Notes: generated by a model not told the origin, from the sequence alone. 64,000 nt of DNA from Longimicrobiales bacterium (GCA_963664435.2 CAXXKM010000002.1:128001-192000); one strand, 5' to 3'. Shown: positions 18,416-29,485, counted from the first letter of the stretch. Made by a program: numbers and translations.

Positions 18416-20146
18416 CTACCCCTCGGGCGTCGCGTACCTGACCTCGCCGCCGACGATCGTGTACACGACCTCGGTGGCGGGGATGTCGTCCTCGGGGATC
18501 GTCAGGATGTCCTGCGAGAGCACGACGATGTCGGCGAGCTTGCCGGGGGTGAGCGAGCCCTTCAGGTGCTCCTCGAACGCTGCGTAGGCGTTGTTGATCG
18601 TGTAGCTCTCGAGCGCCTCCTCGCGCGTCATGCGGTGCTCGCCGGAGAGGACCTCTCCGTTGTTCATGCGCCGGCTCACCGATGAGAAGAAGCTCGCGAT
18701 CGGCGAAATGTGCTCCACGGGCACGTCGGTGCCGTTCGCGATCATGACGCCGGCATCCAGGATGTCCCGCCACACGTAGGAGGTTGCGATCATCCGCGCC
18801 TGCCCCAGGCGGTCCGCCAGCCAGGGTCCGTCGGAGGTGGCGTGCACGCCCTGCATCGACGCGATCACGTCCAGTTCGGCGAAACGCCCGACGTCGGCCG
18901 GGTTGAGGTGCTGCGCGTGCTCGATGCGCCAGCGCAGATCGGTGGCGTCGGGGTTGGCCGCGAACACCTGCTCGTAGATGTCGAGCACCTCGCGGTTGGC
19001 GCGGTCGCCGATGGCGTGGGTGTTGACCTGGAAGCCGTGCCGGATCGCCACCTCGGCGGTGCCGGTGATGTCCTCCACGGTCTCGAGCACCAGCCCCGGG
19101 TTGTCCATGTCGACGTAGTTCTCGAGCAGCCAGGCCCCGTGCGACCCGAGCGCCCCGTCGATCTGGCGCTTGATGGAGCGGACGGACAGGAAGTCGTTGC
19201 CCTCGGGGATGGTGCGGTAGTCGGGAAGCTTCTCGTCCATCACCTCGTTCGACTCGCGCACCATCACGTACAGGCGGACCGGGAGCGCTCCCTCCGCCGC
19301 GAGCGCGCGCAGCCGATCGATGGTTGCGAAGTCGCTGCCGGCGTCCTGGAAGCTGGTAACCCCGTAGGCCAGAGCCTCCGCGCCGGCGAGTTCGACCGCC
19401 CGCCGGAACTCGGCGTCCACGTCCTCGGCGGAGCGTCCCTCGCCGGCACGCGCGATGGCGTCGCCCACCAGGCGCTGGGCGGTCTCGCGCATCAGGCCGG
19501 TGGGCGCGCCCGATGCGTCCCGCACGATGGTGCCGCCGGGCGGGTCGGCGGTGTTCTCGTCGATCCCGGCGAGCTGCATCGCCAGCGCGTTGGCGAAGGA
19601 GGCGTGGCCGCTCGCATGCCCCAGGTTGACCGGGTTCTCGGGGCTGGCCGCGGAAAGGTCGGTGTGCAGCGGCACTCCGTCGACGTTGGGCTCGGGGGTC
19701 GAGGTCCACTTCTCCTGGTGCCAGCCGCGTCCGGTCACCCACTCGCCCGGCGCCGCCCGGCTGGCCGCGTCGCCCACCATCTGAACGATGTCGTCCCAGC
19801 TGGTGGCCGTGGTGAGGTCCAGGATCATCTTCGCGCGGCCCAGGCTCATGTAGTGGCCGTGGCCCTCGATGAAGCCGGGAATCACCAGCCTGCCGTCGAG
19901 CTCGATGACCTCGGTCGAGGGGCCGACGTAGCCGGCGATCTCCTCGTTCGTCCCCACCGCCGTGATGGTGTACCCGGTCACCGCGAGCGCCTCCGCCTCC
20001 GGCAGGGCGTCGTCGACGGTCACGACCTTGCCGCCCATCAGCACCAGATCCGCCTGCTCGGCGGGGCCCGGCTCGCAGGCGGCGATCAGGACACCCGCCA
20101 GGAACGCCGACCGCGTGAGCGGAACAACCAGGGACAGCTTGCTCAT
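18416..20146 (-). CDS. Amidohydrolase-3 (YtcJ-like) lipoprotein
   Basis: PGFIEGHGH, DGALGSHGA, HAIGDRAN, RIEHAQ, GTD, GKLADIVVL. Confidence 0.9.
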   Translation of the reverse strand: MSKLSLVVPLTRSAFLAGVLIAACEPGPAEQADLVLMGGKVVTVDDALPEAEALAVTGYTITAVGTNEEIAGYVGPSTEVIELDGRLVIPGFIEGHGHYMSLGRAKMILDLTTATSWDDIVQMVGDAASRAAPGEWVTGRGWHQEKWTSTPEPNVDGVPLHTDLSAASPENPVNLGHASGHASFANALAMQLAGIDENTADPPGGTIVRDASGAPTGLMRETAQRLVGDAIARAGEGRSAEDVDAEFRRAVELAGAEALAYGVTSFQDAGSDFATIDRLRALAAEGALPVRLYVMVRESNEVMDEKLPDYRTIPEGNDFLSVRSIKRQIDGALGSHGAWLLENYVDMDNPGLVLETVEDITGTAEVAIRHGFQVNTHAIGDRANREVLDIYEQVFAANPDATDLRWRIEHAQHLNPADVGRFAELDVIASMQGVHATSDGPWLADRLGQARMIATSYVWRDILDAGVMIANGTDVPVEHISPIASFFSSVSRRMNNGEVLSGEHRMTREEALESYTINNAYAAFEEHLKGSLTPGKLADIVVLSQDILTIPEDDIPATEVVYTIVGGEVRYATPEG

Positions 20147-20194
20147 GGGAACTCCGGACAAGGATGGAGAGACAAACGGGAGGGCAGGGATCGG

Positions 20195-20255
20195 GTCTGC
20201 CAAAATGGCAGATTCATGGCATGTCGCGGGCTCGAGGTCTGCCAAAATGGCAGAC
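20195..20255. repeat. Pair of palindromes GTCTGCCA-AAA-TGGCAGA(C)
   Basis: Copies at 20195-20212 and 20237-20255, intergenic. Confidence 0.9.
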
Positions 20256-20280
20256 GGCGCGTTGTTCCCTCAGGATAGCG

Positions 20281-21036
20281 TCAGGGCACCATGCGGTCCA
20301 GAAACGCGCGCTCGTCCACCGTGAGGCTGCGGGCGCCGAAGGTCTGCACCTTGCGGAGCAGCGCGATGACCTCGGCGCGGTTGAGTTCGTGCAACTCGTC
20401 CACCGGGATGAGTTCCCACTTGCGCCGCATCTCCGCGTCGGGCCTGGCCTTGACCACCCCCTGCATGCGCCGCCGAACCATCCGGCGCCGGCGTTCCCGG
20501 GCCCAGAGGTAGACCAGCGCGCCGGCGAAACCGCCGAGGTGCGCGAAGTGCGCCACGCCGTCGTTTACCTGAGTGATGCCCGCGAACAGGCTGAAGCCCG
20601 CGAGGAAGAGGATCAGCCAGCGCGCCCGGATGGGCAGGATGCCCCAGATGTAGACCGGCTCCCGGGGCCAGTAGCGGGCGAAGCCCAGCAGGACCGCGAA
20701 CACCGCGCCCGAGGCGCCCACGACCGGCGCCATGGGGGGCAGGAAGGAGAAGAGCGCGCCCCCCAGACCGCCGAACAGGTAGAGCCTGAGGAAGTGCGCC
20801 GACCCCATGCGCGACTCCAGCCGCGGCCCGAAGAAGTAGAGCCCCAGCATGTTGAGCGCGAGATGCCAGAAGCCCGCGTGGAGGAACATGTAGGTGAGGA
20901 GCGTCCACGGCCGGAACAGGGCGAACTGGGGCACCAGGGTGAGGGCCCAGAAGCCGTCGGATCGCGGCCCCGCGACCGCAAAGAGCAGAAAGACCACCGC
21001 GTTGGCGGTGATCAGTCGTCTTACCCACGGTGTCAT
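20281..21036 (-). CDS. Rhomboid-family intramembrane serine protease
   Basis: PWTLLTYMFLH...HLALNM, GASG, AHFAHLGG. Confidence 0.93.
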   Translation of the reverse strand: MTPWVRRLITANAVVFLLFAVAGPRSDGFWALTLVPQFALFRPWTLLTYMFLHAGFWHLALNMLGLYFFGPRLESRMGSAHFLRLYLFGGLGGALFSFLPPMAPVVGASGAVFAVLLGFARYWPREPVYIWGILPIRARWLILFLAGFSLFAGITQVNDGVAHFAHLGGFAGALVYLWARERRRRMVRRRMQGVVKARPDAEMRRKWELIPVDELHELNRAEVIALLRKVQTFGARSLTVDERAFLDRMVP

Positions 21037-21238
21037 CTCGGGCCGGCTCTTCCGTCCGCGGTTTCGTGAGGGCTGGGAAGCGGCGCGGCGTGGGGCTGCT
21101 GCCATGGGACCGCGCCCGCGCCATCAGTACCAGCGCCCGACTCCACGGGTTCCGGGATTCGCGCGGCGGGTCTGGTGATTCGGCGGCGCACGCGTGCATA
21201 TTCCGGGTTCGAAGTCCGCATCGAAACTGGAGAGCCGG

Positions 21239-22972
21239 ATGATGAACTCGAAGTCGCGCTGGACGCTCCCGCTGTTGGTGGCCCTGACCGCCTGTCAGGG
21301 AGGCGAAGTACCCCCGGGAACGGGAGATGACGCCCCGGGGACCCTCGGCTTGCGCTCACACGACGGCATGGTGTCGTCGACCAACATCATTGCCAGCGAG
21401 GTGGGCGCCGAGGTGCTGGCGGCCGGAGGCAACGCCGTCGACGCCGCAATCGCCACCGGCCTGGCCCTGGCCGTGGTCCACCCGAGTGCCGGAAACATCG
21501 GGGGCGGGGGCTTCATGGTGATCCGGAGCCCCGACGGGAGCGCGACCGCCATCGACTTCCGCGAAAAGGCGCCCCTCGCCGCGCATCCCGAGATGTTCAC
21601 CGACGAGGACGGCGAGTACTCCTTCGACATCCACCACGGCAGTCATGTCGCCGTGGGCGTCCCGGGCACGGTGGCCGGCTTCGCCCTCGCGCACGAGCGC
21701 TACGGCAGCGGGATGCCCTGGCCGGACCTGGTGGCGCCCGCGGTCGGGCTGGCCGGCGACGGCTTCACCCTCAGCCCGGCGCTGGCGCGCTCGCTGGCCT
21801 CCGTCCTCCCGCGCATGGAGCCCTATCCCGCCAGCGTCGCCCAGTTCTCGAAGGACGGCGTTCCGTACGAAGAGGGAGAGCTGTTCCGGCAACCCGACCT
21901 GGCGCGCACCCTCGGGCTCATCCGCGACCAGGGCAGGGACGGGTTCTACCGGGGCGAGACCGCGCGTCTCCTCGCCGAGGAGATGGTGCGCGGCGGCGGC
22001 ATGATCACGGAGGAGGACCTGGCCCGCTACGAGGCACAGGAGCGGACCCCCATCCACGGGACCTACAGGGGTTACGACCTGGTCTCGATGCCGCCCCCCT
22101 CGAGCGGCGGCACCGCGATCGTCCAGATGCTGAACATCCTGGAAGGCTTCGACATGGCGTCGATGGGGCACAATTCCGCGGCCTACATTCACCATCTCAC
22201 CGAGGCGATGCGCCTCGCGTACCGCGACCGGGCCCAGTTCCTGGCCGACACCGATTTCGTCGACGTGCCCCTGGACCGGCTCACCAGCAAGGACTACGCG
22301 GACGAGCTGCGGGGCAGGATCCACGCCGACCAGGCCGGCCACTCCGAGCCGTCCCAGCTGGTGATGGCCGAAGAGAGCGACGAGACCACCCACTACTCGG
22401 TGGTCGACCGCGGCGGCATGGCGGTTTCGGTCACCTACACGCTGGAGCAGGGCTACGGGTCGAAGATCACCGTTCCCGGGGCGGGCTTCCTCCTCAACAA
22501 CGAGATGGGCGACTTCAACGGAAAGCCCGGCCTTACCAACGAGCGCGGACTGATCGGCACCGAGGCCAACCTGGCGCGGCCCGAGCAGCGCATGCTCTCC
22601 AGCATGAGCCCCTCCGTGCTGTCGCGCGACGGCGAGCTGGTGGCGGTCATCGGAACCCCGGGCGGGCGCACCATCATCAATACCGTGATGCAGCTGGTGC
22701 TCAACATCGTCGATCACGGCATGACCATCGAGGAAGCGGTGGCGGCGCCCCGGATCCATCACCAGTGGCTCCCGAACAACGTGCGCATCGAGCAGGGCGG
22801 CGTTTCGGATGCGGGTGTCGCGGCGCTCGAGGCGATGGGCCACGAGGTCCAGGTGAGGGGGAGCCAGGGGCGGGCCAGTTCGATCGGGGTCGATCCGGAG
22901 ACGGGCGAGTTCGTCGGCGCCCCCGATCCCCGCAGTCCGGACGGAGGGGCGGCGGCACCCTCGGGCAGCTGA
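21239..22972 (+). CDS. ggt: Gamma-glutamyltransferase
   Basis: GGNAVDAA, IDFREKAP, ETTHYSVVD, LLNNEMGDF, LSSMSP, GTPGG. Confidence 0.95.
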   Translation: MMNSKSRWTLPLLVALTACQGGEVPPGTGDDAPGTLGLRSHDGMVSSTNIIASEVGAEVLAAGGNAVDAAIATGLALAVVHPSAGNIGGGGFMVIRSPDGSATAIDFREKAPLAAHPEMFTDEDGEYSFDIHHGSHVAVGVPGTVAGFALAHERYGSGMPWPDLVAPAVGLAGDGFTLSPALARSLASVLPRMEPYPASVAQFSKDGVPYEEGELFRQPDLARTLGLIRDQGRDGFYRGETARLLAEEMVRGGGMITEEDLARYEAQERTPIHGTYRGYDLVSMPPPSSGGTAIVQMLNILEGFDMASMGHNSAAYIHHLTEAMRLAYRDRAQFLADTDFVDVPLDRLTSKDYADELRGRIHADQAGHSEPSQLVMAEESDETTHYSVVDRGGMAVSVTYTLEQGYGSKITVPGAGFLLNNEMGDFNGKPGLTNERGLIGTEANLARPEQRMLSSMSPSVLSRDGELVAVIGTPGGRTIINTVMQLVLNIVDHGMTIEEAVAAPRIHHQWLPNNVRIEQGGVSDAGVAALEAMGHEVQVRGSQGRASSIGVDPETGEFVGAPDPRSPDGGAAAPSGS

Positions 22973-23135
22973 CGGCTCCAGCCGCCGGGCGACGACGTCC
23001 CGACGTGCGTTTTCCGAGACAGAGTTCGTGGGCGCCGGGGCAGCGGTGCGTTCGAAAAGCTGACTTCGGCGCCACTCTCATGCGTCCGCCGGAGAAGTCC
23101 GACACGCGGAGCCCGGGACCGGTCGGATCCTGTTC

Positions 23136-24332
23136 GTGAAGGACCCGAACGCACCTGCCCACCCGTACCTCATCGTTTTCGCCCTCTGGCTGCTCGTGTT
23201 CTCGGCGAGCAGTCAGACGATGGTCATTGCCCCGATCCTGCCCCTGATCCGGGAAGAGCTGGGTATCGCCGATGCCTTTCTGGGCACCCTGGTCACGGTC
23301 TACAGCCTGATGGTGGGGATCATGGCGGTCATCTCCGGCCCGATCTCCGACCGCGTCGGGCGGCGCCGCATCCTGCTGCTGGGGTCCGGGGCAATGACCT
23401 GCACCCTCGCCCTGCACGCCTTCGTCGACTCCTATCCGGAGTTCCTGGTGGTGCGCGTGCTCGCGGGCGCCGCGGGGGGCGTGCTCTCCGGCGCGGCGGT
23501 GTCCTACGTCGGCGACTACTTCCCCTACAGGCGGCGCGGATGGGCGACGGGCTGGGTCATGAGCGGATCGGCCGTCGGCCTCATCATCGGCATTCCGGTG
23601 GGCGTCCTGCTGGCGGGCGATTTCGGCTTCCGCAGCCCCTTCTACTTCTTCGGCATCATGATGGCGCTGACCTTCCTGCTGGTGTACGCGCGGGTGCCGC
23701 AGCCGCCGGTGAAGCGCCGGCGTTCGCGGCTGACGGTCAACCGGGCGATCGCGGGCTACGTCGTCATGCTGCGCCGCCCGGAGATCGCCTTTGCGGCGCT
23801 CGCCTTCTTCACCGTGTCGCTGGGGGTCGCTCTCTTCGTGGTCTATTTCCCCACGTGGCTGGAGAGCTTCCACGACGCCACCTCCGAACAGATCGCGTCG
23901 CTGTTCCTGGTGGCCGGCGTGGCCAACGTCATCGCGGGTCCCCAGGCCGGCAAGCTGTCCGATCGGGTGGGCCGCAGGGTGATGGTGATCTCCTCGTGCG
24001 TGGGGCTCTCGGTGGTCATGCTCGCGACGGTGCCGCTCATCACCAGCCTGTGGGTCGCCTATCCGCTCTACGCCCTGATGATGATGCTCATCGCGATGCG
24101 CACGAGCCCGTACTCGGCCCTACTGACGGCGCTCGTCCCGGCCAGCCGACGCGGCTCCCTCATGAGCCTGACGGTCGCGCTCGGGCAGGTGGGATTCGCG
24201 CTGGGCGCGATGGTGGCGGGGTACTCCTACTCGAACCTGGGATTCGCCGGCAACACGGTCATCGGGGCGGTGGCGGTGCTCTTCATGGGATGGATCGTGT
24301 GGGCCAGGCTGCCCGAGCCGGAGCGGAGGTGA
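23136..24332 (+). CDS. MFS transporter
   Basis: 12 TM pattern; motif A GPISDRVGRRR and GKLSDRVGRR. Confidence 0.92.
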   Translation: MKDPNAPAHPYLIVFALWLLVFSASSQTMVIAPILPLIREELGIADAFLGTLVTVYSLMVGIMAVISGPISDRVGRRRILLLGSGAMTCTLALHAFVDSYPEFLVVRVLAGAAGGVLSGAAVSYVGDYFPYRRRGWATGWVMSGSAVGLIIGIPVGVLLAGDFGFRSPFYFFGIMMALTFLLVYARVPQPPVKRRRSRLTVNRAIAGYVVMLRRPEIAFAALAFFTVSLGVALFVVYFPTWLESFHDATSEQIASLFLVAGVANVIAGPQAGKLSDRVGRRVMVISSCVGLSVVMLATVPLITSLWVAYPLYALMMMLIAMRTSPYSALLTALVPASRRGSLMSLTVALGQVGFALGAMVAGYSYSNLGFAGNTVIGAVAVLFMGWIVWARLPEPERR

Positions 24333-24333
24333 C

Positions 24334-27300
24334 CTAAGGCTCGTCCTCCACGAACCCGCGGTAACCGAGTGGGCGACGCCGCGGCCAGACCTCGTCCAGG
24401 GTCCCGGCCTCGAAGAGCCGCCCGTTGACCATGACCTGCTCGACGGACACGGAATTGCGCAGATCGTCGAGCGGGTCGCGCGACAGGATCGCCAGGTCGG
24501 CCAGCTTCCCGGGCTCCAGGGATCCGAGTTCCGTCTCGAGCCCGATGCCGTTCGCGCCGAAGATGGTGGCGGACCTGAGGGCGTCGTGGTTCGACATTCC
24601 GCCTGAGGCCACCATCCAGAGCTCCCAGTGGAAGCCCAGGCCCTGCAGCTGGCCGTGGCTTCCGACGCCCGCGAAGCCGCCGTCGGCCACGACGTCGGCG
24701 AGGAAGCGGGCGTGGTCCTCGAAGACGAACTCCTCGTCCATGGCCCAGGCGACGGCCCCGGCGGCTCCCGCGCGTCGCCGGGTGCGGGCATCGAGGGTCT
24801 CGTGCGGGGTGAAGCGCGCCAGTCGCTCGTTGTCGTGGACGCCTCCGCGCGTAAACCAGTAGATCTCGCCCATTGGGCCGCCGAAGGAGACGATGAGGGT
24901 CGGCGTGTTCACGACCTTCGTCTCGGAGAAAAGCCGCACGACATCCCGATAGAGGGGATAGACGGGCAGGTTGTGCTCGATGCCGGGATAGCCGTCGATG
25001 GCGTGGGTCAGGTCGAGCTGGAAGTCCAGTCCCGCCTCGGTGGTGGGCATGAGCTCCAGTTCGCGCGCCGCCATCACCAGCCACTGCCTCTGCTGGCGGT
25101 TGCCCGCGAGGTACATCTTGAAGGTCCTGGTGCCGTAGTACTCCGAGTACCGCCTGAGGATGTCGCGCGCGTGGTCGAGGTCGCGGATCCCCTCGCGTGC
25201 CTGGTAGTTGCCGAAGACCCCCGGCCCGGTGGAATAGATGCGCGGGCCCAGGATGTCGCCCGAGCGCACCCGGTCCGCGTAGGTGAGAACATCCGAAACG
25301 CCGGTCTGGGGGTCGCGCGTGGTGGTGACCCCGAAGGCCAGGTTGGCGAGGTAACCCCAGGGCTGCGTGGTGTGGACGCCCGCGGGCGGCCGGAGGTGGG
25401 CGTGGGTATCGACGAAGCCGGGGAGGATGGTCATGCCGCTCACGTCGCGGACTTCCGCGTCCTCCGGGACATCCAGCGAGCCGGACGGGCCGAGCGCGGC
25501 GATGCGGTTGCCATCGACGAGGATGTCGCCCCGTTCGATGACCTCCTCGCCCCGCATGGTGATGAGGCGGGCGCCGCTCAGCAGCAGTCTTCCCGTGGGA
25601 AGGTCGCGGGGCGCGTCGAGGGCCACGCGCACTTCCACGGGCTGGTAGCGGGCGTCGTCGGAGTCGTCCCGCTCAGGGTCGTCTCCGGCAGCTTCAGGGT
25701 CGTCTTCGGCGGGGTCTGCGGGCTCGTCCGGGCCCGGGTCGGCGGCGGCGGGGTCCCCGGCCCCGTCCTCTTCCGCGGCCCCGGCTGCTTCCACGCTGTC
25801 CGCGAAGGCCTCGGCATCATCGATGTCGTAACGGAAATAGGCGTTGCCCAGCGCCCAGACCGCCCCCTCGCCATCGCTGTTCCACGACAGGAACTCGCCG
25901 CCAAAATCGGTGATCCGGGTGACGGGAACCGGTGCGCCGGAAGGATTGCGGACCGAGACCGTGGGCGCCTCGCCGCCCACCTGCGGCACGGTCACCAGGT
26001 AGAGGTCGTTGCCGACCCTGGCCAGCGCGCGGCCTCCGGCGGGGGACATGCGGATCGAGGAGGCGTTGGCGGGAGGGCCGCCGCGGTTGGCCGAGAATCC
26101 CGTGACCTTGAGATGCTCCCTCTCGTCGGTGCCGTCCCAGCGCACCGAGACCAGTCCGCGCGCGCCGGCGTGCAGGTAGATGCGGTCGGACTGGTCGGTC
26201 CTGAAGTGCGGCCGGGAGCGGCCCAGCGCCTCCGCCACGACGGTGGGAGCACCTGCGGCGGCCGATCCGTACCAGACGATGTCGGTCTGGCTGCCGCCCC
26301 CCGCGCCGGGCAGGCGGCTGCGCACGGGGGACTGCAGCACGACGATCCGGTCGCCGTCGGGCGACCACGCGGGAGACTGGAGGTAGCGGGACGCCTGCGA
26401 GAGCTGCCGCGCGTCGCCGTCATCGGCCGACACCGCCCACAGGCGCCCGCCTCCCGGCTCCAGCCAGCTCACCGCCGCGAGGGTTTCGCCGTCGGGCGAC
26501 CAGGCCGGGTGAGACAGCGCGCCCTCGATTCCCGCGCCGACACGCCGCGGCTCGCCCCCGTCGGCGTCCATCACATACAGATCGCCGAGCGCTGTGAAGG
26601 CGACTTCGCCGCCGTCGGGCGAGAGCGCCACGTCGCGGATCTGGCGCACGAGGAAGGTCGGCGTGTCCTCGACCGGGTAGTCGAAGTCCAGGCGCGGCCC
26701 CGCGTGGACCACCACGTCGGCCGCGAAGGGGATCGCGGCCGGCTCGCTCCCGTCCAGCGGCACCCGCCAGATCCGCCCGCCATACGAGGCCACGAGCGCC
26801 GAGCCGTCGGGCATGAACGCGTAGCCCGGAAGCAGGTCGAGGGTCGCGCGGCTCTCCATGTCGTCGCGCTGCACCGGGAAGACCAGCCAGCGCTCGTCGC
26901 CGGTGGCGAGGTCACGGGCGCGCAGCCCGGTGGCGTCCTCGTGCCGGGAACCGTACACCAGCGTGCCGCCGTCGGGCGACACGGCCGGGCGGAACCCCGA
27001 CCCGTAGCGGCCCGTCACGGTCGCCTGCCGCCCGGTCTCGCGGTCGTAGCGAATGAGCTGGTACTTGGGGAAGGCCGCGTCGTAGGTCCAGTCGCGCGTC
27101 CCCTGCGCCAGGTAGATGTAGCGACCCGACGGATCGAACGCGGGACCGATGGCCTTGAGTTGCTCGGGCTCGTCGATCAGCGCGATTCCACTTCCACCGC
27201 CGCGGTGGAAGAGCCACGGCTTGGCGGCCCCGCCCAGCGGGCTGAAGGTGCGCGACGCCACCAGGTAGTCGCCGTCCGGCGACCACTCGGGCGACGTGTA

Positions 27301-27741
27301 CAGGTTGTCGTTGCCGCGCGTGATCTGCGTGGTGTCGGAACCGTCCGCGCTCAGGACCCAGAGGTTCTGCCCACCGCTCCGGTCCGAGACGAAAACGATT
27401 TCGCTCCCGTCCGGGCTGAAGCGCGGCTGGCTCTCGAACGCGGGGCCCGTGAGCAGCGGCGCCGCCGTCCCGCCCTCGATGGGCAGGGTGTAGAGGTCGC
27501 CGAGCAGGTCGAAGACCAGCGTCCGCCCGTCCGGGCTCACATCGACCGACATCCACGAGCCCTCTTCCGTGCGGAAGCGGACCTCGCGGGTCGGCTCCAG
27601 CGGGAGGGATTCGGTGGCGAGAGAGTCGGCAGCGCCGGCGGGTTGCTCCTGGGCGCGCGCCGCGTGCGGAGCAGGAAATGCCAGGCAGGCAGCCAGGATT
27701 GCCGCCGCCATCGTATCTCTCGAAAAAACACTGGACATCAT
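24334..27741 (-). CDS. TolB-like propeller plus amidohydrolase fusion, exported
   Basis: Many SPDG repeats; PGFVDTHAH, GVTTTRDP, GSHGQLQGLG, GKLADL. Confidence 0.9.
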   Translation of the reverse strand: MMSSVFSRDTMAAAILAACLAFPAPHAARAQEQPAGAADSLATESLPLEPTREVRFRTEEGSWMSVDVSPDGRTLVFDLLGDLYTLPIEGGTAAPLLTGPAFESQPRFSPDGSEIVFVSDRSGGQNLWVLSADGSDTTQITRGNDNLYTSPEWSPDGDYLVASRTFSPLGGAAKPWLFHRGGGSGIALIDEPEQLKAIGPAFDPSGRYIYLAQGTRDWTYDAAFPKYQLIRYDRETGRQATVTGRYGSGFRPAVSPDGGTLVYGSRHEDATGLRARDLATGDERWLVFPVQRDDMESRATLDLLPGYAFMPDGSALVASYGGRIWRVPLDGSEPAAIPFAADVVVHAGPRLDFDYPVEDTPTFLVRQIRDVALSPDGGEVAFTALGDLYVMDADGGEPRRVGAGIEGALSHPAWSPDGETLAAVSWLEPGGGRLWAVSADDGDARQLSQASRYLQSPAWSPDGDRIVVLQSPVRSRLPGAGGGSQTDIVWYGSAAAGAPTVVAEALGRSRPHFRTDQSDRIYLHAGARGLVSVRWDGTDEREHLKVTGFSANRGGPPANASSIRMSPAGGRALARVGNDLYLVTVPQVGGEAPTVSVRNPSGAPVPVTRITDFGGEFLSWNSDGEGAVWALGNAYFRYDIDDAEAFADSVEAAGAAEEDGAGDPAAADPGPDEPADPAEDDPEAAGDDPERDDSDDARYQPVEVRVALDAPRDLPTGRLLLSGARLITMRGEEVIERGDILVDGNRIAALGPSGSLDVPEDAEVRDVSGMTILPGFVDTHAHLRPPAGVHTTQPWGYLANLAFGVTTTRDPQTGVSDVLTYADRVRSGDILGPRIYSTGPGVFGNYQAREGIRDLDHARDILRRYSEYYGTRTFKMYLAGNRQQRQWLVMAARELELMPTTEAGLDFQLDLTHAIDGYPGIEHNLPVYPLYRDVVRLFSETKVVNTPTLIVSFGGPMGEIYWFTRGGVHDNERLARFTPHETLDARTRRRAGAAGAVAWAMDEEFVFEDHARFLADVVADGGFAGVGSHGQLQGLGFHWELWMVASGGMSNHDALRSATIFGANGIGLETELGSLEPGKLADLAILSRDPLDDLRNSVSVEQVMVNGRLFEAGTLDEVWPRRRPLGYRGFVEDEP

Positions 27742-28147
27742 CGGGCTCGCAGGAATCGGGGTGGACGGGAATACCGCGGGAGGGCGGGCCGGGGGAATCG
27801 CCCAAAGGTTTGCACCACAGGCACGCGCGGCAACCGGCATCGGAGCCGCACGCGGCCACCGGAGATTGACTTATGTTCCACACCTGGCCGCGCCCGGGAC
27901 ATCAGGCCGGCGCCGGCTACCCCTGCAACCAGGAATCGATGAATTGACTACCGGACGGGTGGTCTCGACCCCCATCTCCCGCTTCGACCCCGAAGTGCCG
28001 CCTGAATCCGCGGAGGGGTTGCGAAGATACTTCTACGGCTTCGCGCACGCGGCGCGCATGCTGCACTACCGGCGACAGTCTCACGGCTAGACCAGCCGCG
28101 TCCGATCCGCGGCGGAAGATCCGCGGAGAACCGGCGGCGCCGAGCCT

Positions 28148-29485
28148 TTACGCGCCCCCGAGCGCCCCGTACACCAGCGCCCGCAGCTTCTGGTGATCGT
28201 CCAGGCCGGCGGCGGGGATGACCTGGGTGAAGTAGACGACCACCAGCCGCTCCACCGGGTCCACCCAATAGGCGGTGTGGTAGGCGCCGCCCCAGCCGTA
28301 GTCCCCGAGCGAGCCCGGCTCACCGGCCTCCCCCAGGTCGAGGCGCACGCTGAAGCCCAACCCGAACCCCATCCCCGGCGCGAACAGGTCGCCCACGTGG
28401 TTGCTGGTCATCAGCGCGACGCTCGCCGGAGAGAGGATGCGCGCGTCGCCGAGCGTGCCACCGTTCAGCATCGTCTGCAGAAAGCGGGCGTAGTCGCGCG
28501 CGGTGGAGAGCAGGCCGGCGCCGCCCGAGAAGCTCATCCGCGGCCCGTCCACGTACTGCCCCTGCGCATCCATTCCCTCGCCGTCGCCGGCCCGCACCAG
28601 CGCCCCCGGGATTCTGCGGTTGTAGACCGTCGCAAGCCGGTCCCGTTTCTCCGGCGGCAGGTAGAAGTGGGTGTCGCGCATGTCCAGCGGCTCGAAGATG
28701 CGCGAGTGCAGGAACGCCTCCAGGGACTGGCCCGAGACCTCCTCGACCAGCGCTCCCAGGATGTCGGTGTTGTAGCCGTAGACGAAGCGCTCCCCGGGCT
28801 GGGCCTGGAAGGGGAGCGACCCCATGCGATCGACCGTCGCGCGCACGAGTTCATCGCGGTGGGCGAAATACCACCCGGTGATCTCCGCCTCCCTCCAGCG
28901 ATCCGCCCCCGGCCCGCCCATGCCGTAGGCGATCCCCGCCGTATGGGTGAGGAGGTCGCGAACGGTGATCGGCCGTTGCGCCGCCACGACGTCGTACCCG
29001 CCGTCCGGCAGCGGTTCGGCCACGCTGGTCTCCGTGAACGCCGGCAGATACCGCCCGACCGGATCGGAGATCAGCAGCGCGCCTTCCTCCTGCAGCATCA
29101 ACACGGCCACGCTCACGATGGCCTTGGTCTGCGAGGCGATGCGGAAGATCGCATCCGGCCCCAGCGTCGCGCGCGCCTCGAGGTCGGCGAACCCGGTGGC
29201 GTGCTCGTACACCACCGCGCCGTCGCGAAGCACGGCGACGACCGCGCCCGGCAACCGCCCGTCGACGACGTACTCGTCCAGCATCGCGCCGACGCGCTCC
29301 AGGCGGCCGGGCGCGAACCCCGCCTCGGCGGGTGCGACGCGGGGAAGCTCCTGCGCGCGCGCCGCGGCCGGGCCCAGCGTCGCGAGGGCCGGGAGGGCGG
29401 CGTGCCCTGCGCACATCGCAAGGGAGAGCAACACCGCGGTTGCGCGCTTCGGTAGACGGCTGGCGGAGCGGCAGGAGCGAATCAT
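28148..29485 (-). CDS. Serine hydrolase (class C beta-lactamase/esterase family)
   Basis: FRIASQTK (SxxK), LLTHTAG, YGYN, WGG; signal peptide. Confidence 0.9.
   Translation of the reverse strand: MIRSCRSASRLPKRATAVLLSLAMCAGHAALPALATLGPAAARAQELPRVAPAEAGFAPGRLERVGAMLDEYVVDGRLPGAVVAVLRDGAVVYEHATGFADLEARATLGPDAIFRIASQTKAIVSVAVLMLQEEGALLISDPVGRYLPAFTETSVAEPLPDGGYDVVAAQRPITVRDLLTHTAGIAYGMGGPGADRWREAEITGWYFAHRDELVRATVDRMGSLPFQAQPGERFVYGYNTDILGALVEEVSGQSLEAFLHSRIFEPLDMRDTHFYLPPEKRDRLATVYNRRIPGALVRAGDGEGMDAQGQYVDGPRMSFSGGAGLLSTARDYARFLQTMLNGGTLGDARILSPASVALMTSNHVGDLFAPGMGFGLGFSVRLDLGEAGEPGSLGDYGWGGAYHTAYWVDPVERLVVVYFTQVIPAAGLDDHQKLRALVYGALGGA

Noticed and set aside
28148..29485. Possible beta-lactam resistance gene linked to BlaI/BlaR1
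   Set aside because: SxxK esterase-like family member 28 kb from the regulator, and the M56 protein lacks a penicillin-binding domain.
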